A DNA stretch of 35,436 nt from a bacterium. GTDB lineage: Bacteria > Cyanobacteriota > Vampirovibrionia > Gastranaerophilales > Gastranaerophilaceae. Location of the stretch: NCBI GenBank assembly GCA_017395765.1, contig JAFQNY010000170.1:1-35436 (forward strand), given 5' to 3'. The position numbers were made by a program, and so were the translations under genes. Below the pieces are notes generated by a model that was given only the letters and a program-made list of their open reading frames with translations, searched no databases and was not told the DNA's origin. Positions 18,696 to 28,618 of the stretch are shown here, one piece after another. Numbering within the stretch: position 1 is the stretch's first letter; every line of letters begins with the position of its first letter.

Positions 18696-20315
18696 ATGGA
18701 AAAAAATTTTACTGAACAATTAAATAACGCAAAAAAATTGTTTAAAAATGGTCGCTACAGGGAAGCATCACAATATTTTTCTGTTATTTTTGAAGAAAAT
18801 CCTGATTGTGCAGAAGCTTTATGGTATAAAATTGGTTGTTTACTTGAAATTTGGCATAATGAAAATCTTTTAATTCAACCCGATTCAGAAAAATTATGTA
18901 AATTATATCTGGATAAATTTGGAGACGATTCCTCAGTATTATCTTTTATCGCGGATATTAATTATTTTCAAAGGAAATTTAATGAAGCATTAACTTATTC
19001 TAAAAAAGCATTAAGTATTGATTTCAATAATGAATGGGCATTAACTATTTGTGGAAATTCTCTAACTCAACTAAATTTTTTTGAAGAAGCTATAAAATAT
19101 TTCGATAAAATTATAGAACTTTCTCCGGATAATTCTAATGCTTATAAAAATAGGGCATACGTAAAACTTTTTTTGGACAAACCTTTTGATTATGCATTAG
19201 ATGATTATATGGAAGCACAAGCAAAAGATAATACCAACAGTGTTGTGTTTGATGCCATTGCGGAAATTATATTGGTAAAAGGAGATTATGAAACAGCTCT
19301 ATTATATTCTAATACAGCTGTTAAATATGCAAAAGAGCAAAATTACTCACAAGCATATCTTACAAGAAGTATTATTAACTATTTATTAGAAAATTACGAA
19401 GAAGCTACCATAGATTTTATAAAAGGTAGTCGAGTAGAGAATTATTTAATAGAATACGAAACAAAAATTAATAAATATGAATTATTAGGTGATTCTGAGC
19501 ATATACTTAATAAACTAAATTTTATAAGAAAAGAACTTAAGATTTTAGACATTCTAAAAAATATGGCTAATAAATTCGAAGGAAATTATTGTGATTTTTG
19601 TGGAGGATTGCTTGTAGATGAAACAGATTTTTACGTCGAATTTAATGGAAAATATATCTGTAAACATTGTATTGATTTGACAAAAGGTATAATTTATTTA
19701 AACAATAAAGATTTAAAATATATAACTAAAAAAGCAGTTGAACACCTTTCTAATAACGATAAAATGAAATGTGCATTCTGTAATAGAACAAAAAAGGATG
19801 TAAATCTTTTGCTAGATGCATCAAACAATATTTATATCTGTAACGGTTGCGTAGGCGTTTGTGATGAAGTTTTGAAAAATAATTCTGATTTTAAAACCGA
19901 ATATGAAAAAATAATGAATTCCAGTTTTTTAATTTGTCACTATTGTAAAGAAGAATTTAATAAGTCAAATATTGTTGTTTCTGAATTTGGTGGTTCAATT
20001 TGTCCTAGATGTTTAGAAGTTTGTAAGGAAATATTAGCAGAAGAAAATATTCCACTCAAATATAACCAACCAGAAATTTTTCTTTGTGAGAATAAAGATG
20101 TAAAATTCTGTGAATTTTGTGGAAGAAGTCAATATGACGTTGATAAACTAATTGCAAGTAATAATCATTCTATCTGTAACGGTTGCGTAGGTGTTTGTGA
20201 AGAAGTTTTGAAAAATAATTCTGATTTTGAAACTGAATATAAAAAAGCTATTGACGAATTAAAAAAGAAGAGATCTAGCAATGCTAGAAATTGGTTCAAT
20301 TTCAGAAAAATTTAA
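18696..20315 (+). CDS. TPR-repeat protein with four C-terminal ClpX-type C4 zinc fingers
   Basis: TPR consensus (EEAIKYFDKIIELSPDNSNAYKNRA); CDFC..ICKHC, CAFC..ICNGC, CHYC..ICPRC, CEFCGRSQYDVDKLIA..ICNGC resemble the ClpX zinc-binding domain. Confidence 0.85.
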   Translation: MEKNFTEQLNNAKKLFKNGRYREASQYFSVIFEENPDCAEALWYKIGCLLEIWHNENLLIQPDSEKLCKLYLDKFGDDSSVLSFIADINYFQRKFNEALTYSKKALSIDFNNEWALTICGNSLTQLNFFEEAIKYFDKIIELSPDNSNAYKNRAYVKLFLDKPFDYALDDYMEAQAKDNTNSVVFDAIAEIILVKGDYETALLYSNTAVKYAKEQNYSQAYLTRSIINYLLENYEEATIDFIKGSRVENYLIEYETKINKYELLGDSEHILNKLNFIRKELKILDILKNMANKFEGNYCDFCGGLLVDETDFYVEFNGKYICKHCIDLTKGIIYLNNKDLKYITKKAVEHLSNNDKMKCAFCNRTKKDVNLLLDASNNIYICNGCVGVCDEVLKNNSDFKTEYEKIMNSSFLICHYCKEEFNKSNIVVSEFGGSICPRCLEVCKEILAEENIPLKYNQPEIFLCENKDVKFCEFCGRSQYDVDKLIASNNHSICNGCVGVCEEVLKNNSDFETEYKKAIDELKKKRSSNARNWFNFRKI

Positions 20316-20379
20316 TACAATGAATGCTTAACTAATCCAATATTGATGATATTGGTTTTGTAGCATTTCAATCAACAGA

Positions 20380-20440
20380 TTGGGTTTTAACCCAACAAAA
20401 CCAATAATGCCGGATTAAAACCTGTTATATAAAAATGATT
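20380..20440 (+). repeat. 61-bp perfect direct repeat, right copy
   Basis: Identical to 18195-18255. Confidence 0.95.
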
Positions 20441-20441
20441 G

Positions 20442-20741
20442 AACAAAACCCGCCGGTAGTTTTGACCTACCAGCGGGCTTGTTATTTTTATTCAATCTTG
20501 TAGCTCTTATTTGAGCGGGCTAAATATCTACGTGCGTCATACAAACAAAACCCGCCGGTAGTTTTGACCTACTAGCGAGCTTGTTATTTTTATTCAATCT
20601 TGTAGCTCTTATTTGAGCGGGCAAAATATCTACGTGCGTCATACAAACAAAACCCGCCGGTAGTTTTGACCTACTAGCGGGCTTGTTATTTTTATTCAAT
20701 CTTGTAGCTCTTATTTGAGCGGGCTAAATATCTACGTGCGT
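20442..20741. repeat. Tandem repeat, 102-bp unit x ~2.9, each unit with a minus-strand terminator-like hairpin
   Basis: Units start at 20442, 20544 and 20646 and differ at only three positions; hairpin GCCCGCTGGTAG-GTCAAAA-CTACCGGCGGGT then TTTGTT on the minus strand. Confidence 0.95.
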
Positions 20742-20960
20742 AGCACTACATCATTCTTGCTCCTGTGGAATCACAGATTCCTACGTCGCAATCGTAGTGT
20801 TCCGACTTTAGTTTGCATTTGCCTACGCAAACGCAAATTCAGTCGGAACACCGGCTAAAAGCCTCCCATTCCGCCTGAGCAACTACGTTGCACGGCGGCA
20901 AAGAACGGCTACATAAAAGGCGAAAACACTTCTGTTTCCGCCTTTTATTCGCACACTATC
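20735..20960 (-). ncRNA. Candidate multi-stem structured ncRNA or ssDNA element, family not recognised
   Basis: GC-rich non-coding stretch with 6-8 nested stems; several stem mismatches become G-U pairs only on the minus strand. Confidence 0.5.
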
Positions 20961-20971
20961 GGGTCATTCGT

Positions 20972-20998
20972 AAAAAACTACGGAGAACAAACTCCGTA
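20972..20998 (-). terminator. Intrinsic terminator of groEL
   Basis: Minus strand TACGGAG-TTTGTT-CTCCGTA-GTTTTTT just after the groEL stop. Confidence 0.75.
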
Positions 20999-21004
20999 CG
21001 TTTT

Positions 21005-22704
<1,700 letters not shown>

Positions 22705-22710
<6 letters not shown>

Positions 22711-23055
22711 AATTTTCTGCTTTAAATACTTTTTAAGTCCATAAATAAGTGCATTGATTTTATCTAAATCAATTAAAATGTTTTGCACATCCGCATATTC
22801 TAATGCTTGAGCAATTAGTAATTGTGTCTCCAATTCAGCCGATGATCCAAGCGCAATATCTAAAAAGCGAAGAGTATCTTTATCTGACCCCCTACCACAG
22901 CCTTCCGCTATATTGGAAGGTATTGATACAGCTGCCCTACATATTTGACTTGTTAGAGCAAATTTTTCGTTTTCAGGAAAGCTTTTAGTTATTTTATAAA
23001 TTTTAATAACTAAATCCATTGATAATTTCCACGCTTCTAGATCTTTATGATGCAT
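22705..23055 (-). CDS. Four helix bundle protein (23S rRNA-IVP / Avd-like family)
   Basis: KDLEAWKLSMDL..IY..T..FP..E.F.L.SQ..RAAVSIPSNIAEGCGR...FL.IA.GS..ELETQL signature. Confidence 0.93.
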
Positions 23056-23061
23056 ATTCCC

Positions 23062-23096
23062 TCTTGGTCACTTGATCACTGAATTCTTGATCACTG
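23062..23096. repeat. Inverted octamer array, upstream arm of the four-helix-bundle insert
   Basis: TCTTGGTCACTTGATCACTGAATTCTTGATCACTG, largely the reverse complement of 22675-22710; abuts the groES stop codon. Confidence 0.9.
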
Positions 23097-23384
23097 CTAT
23101 TCAACAATAGCTAACGCATCTTTGATAGAAAGAATTTTGTATTCAACTCCGTCCATTTTCACATCAGTTCCTGCATATTTAGCGTATAAAATAATATCCC
23201 CAACTTTAACTTCCATTGGCTCTTTTTCGCCTTTATCATTAGTTTTGCCTTCACCAACAGCAACTACTTCACCTTTTTGAGGTTTTTCTTTTGCGCTATC
23301 AGGAATAAAAATACCGCCTGAAGTTTGTTCTGTATCTTCAATAACTTTAATAACAATTCTGTCTTGTAATGGTTTTAATGCCAT
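23097..23384 (-). CDS. groES: Co-chaperonin GroES
   Basis: [39 protein letters not shown]. Confidence 0.98.
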   Translation of the reverse strand: MALKPLQDRIVIKVIEDTEQTSGGIFIPDSAKEKPQKGEVVAVGEGKTNDKGEKEPMEVKVGDIILYAKYAGTDVKMDGVEYKILSIKDALAIVE

Positions 23385-23486
23385 AATATAATCCTCCTAA
23401 TATTCTACATATATAGTTATAACTCATTTTTACTCTTTATATTAAAATGTTAAGGAAAAATTAATAATTTGTTTTACACGAAATAA

Positions 23487-23524
23487 AAAAAGAGGGTAGC
23501 CAAATATTTTAGCAACCCTCTTTT
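23487..23524 (-). terminator. Intrinsic terminator after nrdD
   Basis: AAAAGAGGGTAGC...GCAACCCTCTTTT imperfect hairpin with a T tail on the minus strand. Confidence 0.7.
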
Positions 23525-23540
23525 AAACTAAATAAATCGT

Positions 23541-25829
23541 TTACATTGACACTCTATCAGCAATCTCTTCCATTTTATGTTCAGCAAGACGAGTATCTCC
23601 TTTTACACGAGAATATGAAAGATAACCGTTCATGCTGTCAATTTTTGTCAAATTTCTGCTGCCACATTTTGGACATACATCCATGCTAAGCTCTTCATAA
23701 CCGCAATCATCACAGTAAGCCAATGAAAGGTTCACACCTTCATAGAATCCCATGTCCATTGCTCTGTGTACAAGCGTTTCAACAGCCTTTGTATTATAAC
23801 CTAAAGGATATTTAACATATTGAATTTTACCGCCGTTTAATAAATCCCAAAAACGTTTTTCACAATCTTGTTTTTCAATAGGACTTATATCTTCACTTAC
23901 ATGACAGTGGAAACTGTTTGAAACATAACCTTTGTCAGATACATTTGCTACAACACCGAATTTTTTACGGAATTGTTTAACTTGTAATCCGCAAAGATTT
24001 TCAGCAGGTGTTCCGTAAAGAGCATATAAATATCCGTCTTGCTCTTTAAACTCATTAACCTTTTTGTTGATATATTCCATTACTTCAATCGCAAAATTAC
24101 CGTCTTCAACAAGAGATTTACCATTGTGCAATTGTTGTAATTCATTTAATGCAGTAATACCAAATGACGCAGTTGCTGCTTTAAGTAACGGTTTAATCTT
24201 GTCGTGAATACCCAAGTGTCCGCCTAAGAAACCACCTTCACAATATGCAAGAGGGTTTACGGAAGCTTTCATTTCTCCCAAGTATTCATAAGTTCTTATA
24301 TGAAGTTTTCTTATTAATTCCATATAGTAATCTAATACTTGATAAAAATCTTTGCTTTCTTTTTTAGCTTTTGCATAAATCATTGGTAAGTGTAAGCTGA
24401 TTGCACCGATATTGAAACGTCCGACAAAAATCGGTTTATCATTTTCATCAGCCGGATGCATACCACCTTTTTCAAACCAAGGTGACAAGAAAGCTCTGCA
24501 GCCCATCGGAGAAACCACTCTGCCATATTTTTTATACATTTCAGCAACATAACCTTCTCCTGATAATGACAACCAGTCAGGATACATCGCTTTTTTAGAA
24601 CATTCGATACCTGCATTGAATAAATCGTGGTTAACTTTACCTTCTCCATGAATATTTTCATCATACAAGAAAACAATCTTAGGGAATAAAACAGGTTTTT
24701 TACATTCTTTTTTACCTTGACCGCCCATTCTGATTTTTAACATAGCCAAAGTAGCCATTTTCTCGTACATATCCGTACCCAAACCTGTTGTTACAGTAAT
24801 AAACGGATAGTCACCTCTTGAAGATGCTACAGTATTGAACTTGTATTCCCAACCTTGGAAACCTTGTTCAAAGTCTTTTTCAACATCAGCTAATGCTGCT
24901 TCTCTTGCTTTTTCAAACGACAGTCCTAAGCATAAATACTTGTTATTTTGTCTTTCAAAAGTTTTTTCTGCATATGGTGCAAGAATTTTATCAACTTCAG
25001 GGACAGTAAATCCGCCATATTGTTGACTTGCTGCAGCCATTACAATATCACCGATTACATCGAAAGCTACATCAAGAGATTTTGGCTCATTATACCAAAG
25101 GTTACCCATCTCGAATCCGCCCTTAAGAACAGATGCAACGTCAAACAAACAGCAGTTCATTGTATCACGTCTTGCAGACATATCGTGAATATATATATAA
25201 CCATCTCTTATAGCCTGTAACTCATCGACTGTAAGAAAGAATTTTTTGTATAACTCTTTATTTAATTCGTTGAATATCAAAGAACGTTTAGTTGAAACAA
25301 GAGTTGAATCAGCATTTGAATTCTCCTTGTCACCTATGTACATAATTCTTTGAGATTCTTGGAAAACTTTATCTAGCATATGCACAAAATCCTGCTTGTA
25401 ATTTCTGTAGTTTCTATAGCTTTGCGCTACACTTGGATATAAGTGTTCTAACGCACCTTCCACAAGGTTATGCATATCAGAGATTGTAATATCTTCTTTA
25501 TCCATCCTTGCAATATTATTATCAACGAAATCACATATTTCTTTCAAGTCCCCTTCGGTTAATTCAACCAAAGCTCTTGTTGCAGATTTTTTTACGGCAT
25601 TGATAATTTTTGTATTGTCAAACGGTTCAATAGTACCGTCTTTTTTCACAACACTAATAGACTTTACTTTAATTGGGGTAATTTGAGCCTGTTTCTGAAC
25701 ATCTTGAGAAACATTCAACTTAGAAACTTGTGAAGACAACTCAGAAGGTACAGATACTCCTTTAAGTTCTGCAGCTGACTTTGAGGAAAACTCCACTATG
25801 TTCCTATCTTTGTTCAAACTGTTTTGCAT
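23541..25829 (-). CDS. nrdD: Anaerobic (class III) ribonucleoside-triphosphate reductase with ATP cone
   Basis: ATP cone VVKKDGTIEPFD..KI, IYIHD, MNCC, PMGCR, TPAENL, CDDC...CPKC, xMNGYL glycyl-radical loop. Confidence 0.93.
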   Translation of the reverse strand: MQNSLNKDRNIVEFSSKSAAELKGVSVPSELSSQVSKLNVSQDVQKQAQITPIKVKSISVVKKDGTIEPFDNTKIINAVKKSATRALVELTEGDLKEICDFVDNNIARMDKEDITISDMHNLVEGALEHLYPSVAQSYRNYRNYKQDFVHMLDKVFQESQRIMYIGDKENSNADSTLVSTKRSLIFNELNKELYKKFFLTVDELQAIRDGYIYIHDMSARRDTMNCCLFDVASVLKGGFEMGNLWYNEPKSLDVAFDVIGDIVMAAASQQYGGFTVPEVDKILAPYAEKTFERQNNKYLCLGLSFEKAREAALADVEKDFEQGFQGWEYKFNTVASSRGDYPFITVTTGLGTDMYEKMATLAMLKIRMGGQGKKECKKPVLFPKIVFLYDENIHGEGKVNHDLFNAGIECSKKAMYPDWLSLSGEGYVAEMYKKYGRVVSPMGCRAFLSPWFEKGGMHPADENDKPIFVGRFNIGAISLHLPMIYAKAKKESKDFYQVLDYYMELIRKLHIRTYEYLGEMKASVNPLAYCEGGFLGGHLGIHDKIKPLLKAATASFGITALNELQQLHNGKSLVEDGNFAIEVMEYINKKVNEFKEQDGYLYALYGTPAENLCGLQVKQFRKKFGVVANVSDKGYVSNSFHCHVSEDISPIEKQDCEKRFWDLLNGGKIQYVKYPLGYNTKAVETLVHRAMDMGFYEGVNLSLAYCDDCGYEELSMDVCPKCGSRNLTKIDSMNGYLSYSRVKGDTRLAEHKMEEIADRVSM

Positions 25830-26209
25830 ATCGACGTTTAACCTCCCAATTTATAAGGCTAGCTATTCTTATTTCGCTTATATTTTATATAACTATCCTC
25901 TAATAAAAGGATAACATTCTCTTCCCTAAAATTTATCCTTTAATAATATGATAATTCAAATAAGAATTCTTATCAAGAAATTCACAAAACTAAACAATTG
26001 CCAAAACCCAATAGAATCAGCAACTTTACTTTTCTCAACATTGTAAACTTTGTTAAATTTTTCGCATGCAAAATGTTGTTTACCCTCTTGACAAATTCCA
26101 TAACATTTGTGGTTCATATATCTTGTAGAAATTTAATAAAAACAATCAATAAAAATTGAGCATGCGCCATGTTTTAGCAAAAAATTTATTTATCAGTTTT
26201 TAACTAAAT

Positions 26210-28576
26210 ATGCAATTAGTTGTTCCAAATGCCGGAGTAAAGTTTTCGCAAACAAACTTAAAGCCTGTTTTTAAAAAATTGCCGTCGAAAAAATTAATAG
26301 CACCCCTTAGTAAAGAGGCTTGGAAAAATTTTTCGATTGCAACCTCTTCTGCTGTTTCTGCTTGGATTTTATGTGCAACGCCAAAGGAAAATGAAAAATA
26401 CGATGATGTTGATTTATTAATACAAAAATATTTGCAAAAAGAGAATGAATACCGAAAATTAGCGGATTTGGAACATATTTTAAAACAATGCAGATTTGAA
26501 AACGGAGAGTATTCATCAACTGCCGTAAACAAATTACTGGAAAGTATTGATGATAAAAAAGAATTTATCAACAGACTGATTACATTAGAAGAGCTGAATC
26601 TGGAAAAGCTTGACGCTGATTGTGATTACGATTTAATAGACAAATTTCTTGATCACTCACGTATATATAAAGATCCTATGGCAGTAGCTCCAACGGCCGC
26701 CAGTTTACAATTAATTCAAACACTATCCAAAACCAAAGACAAAAGATTAATAAATTTTGTTCAAAAACTCATTAATGACACAGAGATTACACCTGTTAAA
26801 ATGCAAAATTTCTTATTTATGGCAACAAAAAGGGAAAAAGAGTTCAACAAATTATACAAAGCTGTTATGGATGACAACTACCCTAACGAATTTATTTCGA
26901 TAGAAGGTGTTCCTCAAGAGATTTTAACAAACAAAATTATAAAAGATTTTAACACAATGAAATCAAGAGCACTTACATACCCTGACAAATATGTAAACGG
27001 AAACTACGCAGACACGGAACTTGCTAAATATGAAATATTAGATACGTTCCACTTAATAGGCTATCACTTGCCAAGATTTTTAAACACTTTTGATAAAGAG
27101 GCAATTGACTATATAATGCGTCAAAGATTAAACAATTTTTCAAGCAATGTTTTAAAAGCCTCTTTGCTTTCAAACGAAGAAAGAACTTTGGTGAAAAATT
27201 TTCAAAAAGCTTTAAACCAAGACGGAAAACCTTTTTTGGCTAAACAGAAAGCAGAGATTTTCACTTTAATCCAAACTCATAAAGAAAACGAAATCCCTTT
27301 ATTCGAAATTAAGGAAATTTTATCCGAAAAAAAAGTCAATTTATCAAAGATTTACAAAAGGCTTTTCTACTGCTTATTGCGTCAATCCGGTTTTAATAAC
27401 AATGAAATTGAAAGAGTTACATTTGAAAGATTAAACGATTTTGACATTTCAAAAACTCATCTTATATTAAAGAGTTTAGGAAAAGATGAAACCTCCGCAT
27501 TAAAAAATTTAATCTGGGCAATGTTTAATACGGATTTTAGAGAATATGTGCATTCTGATTTTGATATCTACGGGGATTACAACAACGACACAAAAGATAT
27601 CTTTACTAAAAACCGGTGGGATTATGACAAATGGTTTAATCCTGACAAGAGTTTGGAAGTCAACTTTACGCCTTCGATTGAAGGTGATTTAACGCTCAAT
27701 AACCTTGCAGACGAAATCGAAAAAGGTATAGAACTCTTGCGAAAAACCGACGCAAAAAACTTTATCGATAAACAATTGATAACATATATTAAAGATGATA
27801 AATTCACAATTCCTAAAAATCTTTTGAATAACAAACACTTTTTACTCAACCTTATTCAAAAAATCGAACGACAACTGGAACAAGTTTGGAAAAGAGCAAG
27901 AGAAAATTCTTTATCAGAAGAACATTTGACCTCCAAGAATTACTCACAAAAAGTTTTACGAGCAAAAGCTACATTAAATGTATTGGCTGAATTACAAAAC
28001 AAAAAAGCTTTTCTCTATAATTATAATCCACCTGAAGAAACCGTAGCTAATTTCAAAATAGGAATGTGGGGACGTAATCCGGCAAAAGACATTTTCCAAG
28101 GAAACCATTCAAATTGTTGTATAGGTATGGGCAGAGAACAAGGACAAGAAATTGCAGATTATTTATTAAATACAATGTTTAATATGATTGAAATAAAAGA
28201 CACCAAAACTGACGAAGTAATAGGAAATGCCCTCATATACTTCGTCAAAAACGAAAATAACGAAAAAAGATTAATCATTGATAATATCGAAATCAATCCG
28301 ACAATAAAACTTTCAACAAATAATGGAATACGGTTGAGAAATGCTATTTTTGAATATGCACACAATATTATGAAAAGCGTTACCAAAAATCAAAAGATTC
28401 CTGTTATGTTGGGCGCAATGCACAATGACTTGCCTTGTGATGATTTAAAAAGGGGAAATGAAAACGTCCGTTTTATCGGAGAACTTAGCGCTTCTTGTCT
28501 TTATTTAGATGCTTTTGGAGGACTGTGGAGTTGTTTTGAGGATGATTATTCAACCATGTATTATTATAAAATATAA
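26210..28576 (+). CDS. Large hypothetical protein with conserved-looking C-terminal domain (GNHSNCCIG...LIIDNIE)
   Basis: 788-aa open frame; no family recognised with confidence. Confidence 0.75.
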   Translation: MQLVVPNAGVKFSQTNLKPVFKKLPSKKLIAPLSKEAWKNFSIATSSAVSAWILCATPKENEKYDDVDLLIQKYLQKENEYRKLADLEHILKQCRFENGEYSSTAVNKLLESIDDKKEFINRLITLEELNLEKLDADCDYDLIDKFLDHSRIYKDPMAVAPTAASLQLIQTLSKTKDKRLINFVQKLINDTEITPVKMQNFLFMATKREKEFNKLYKAVMDDNYPNEFISIEGVPQEILTNKIIKDFNTMKSRALTYPDKYVNGNYADTELAKYEILDTFHLIGYHLPRFLNTFDKEAIDYIMRQRLNNFSSNVLKASLLSNEERTLVKNFQKALNQDGKPFLAKQKAEIFTLIQTHKENEIPLFEIKEILSEKKVNLSKIYKRLFYCLLRQSGFNNNEIERVTFERLNDFDISKTHLILKSLGKDETSALKNLIWAMFNTDFREYVHSDFDIYGDYNNDTKDIFTKNRWDYDKWFNPDKSLEVNFTPSIEGDLTLNNLADEIEKGIELLRKTDAKNFIDKQLITYIKDDKFTIPKNLLNNKHFLLNLIQKIERQLEQVWKRARENSLSEEHLTSKNYSQKVLRAKATLNVLAELQNKKAFLYNYNPPEETVANFKIGMWGRNPAKDIFQGNHSNCCIGMGREQGQEIADYLLNTMFNMIEIKDTKTDEVIGNALIYFVKNENNEKRLIIDNIEINPTIKLSTNNGIRLRNAIFEYAHNIMKSVTKNQKIPVMLGAMHNDLPCDDLKRGNENVRFIGELSASCLYLDAFGGLWSCFEDDYSTMYYYKI

Positions 28577-28580
28577 AGGG

Positions 28581-28609
28581 TTGATTGTTTTTATAATATC
28601 AAGTACAAT
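28581..28609 (+). promoter_or_regulatory. sigma70-type promoter giving a near-leaderless transcript
   Basis: TTGATT-17 nt-TACAAT, ending 9 nt before ATG 28619; no SD visible. Confidence 0.5.
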
Positions 28610-28618
28610 TTTAGAATA

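Noticed and set aside
20520-20642. 40-aa minus-strand ORF across the tandem repeat
   Set aside because: No RBS, open only because of one substitution in unit 2, and it crosses a terminator hairpin.
20442-20741. CRISPR array
   Set aside because: Units are near-identical along their whole length with no unique spacers, and no cas genes are present.
20735-20960. Group II intron remnant (GUGCG start, CGCACGUA resembling domain V)
   Set aside because: No complete domain V hairpin can be formed; GUGCG is better explained as pairing with CGCAC.
26099-26128. NrdR boxes upstream of nrdD
   Set aside because: Partial matches only, non-canonical length and spacing, about 270 bp from the start codon.
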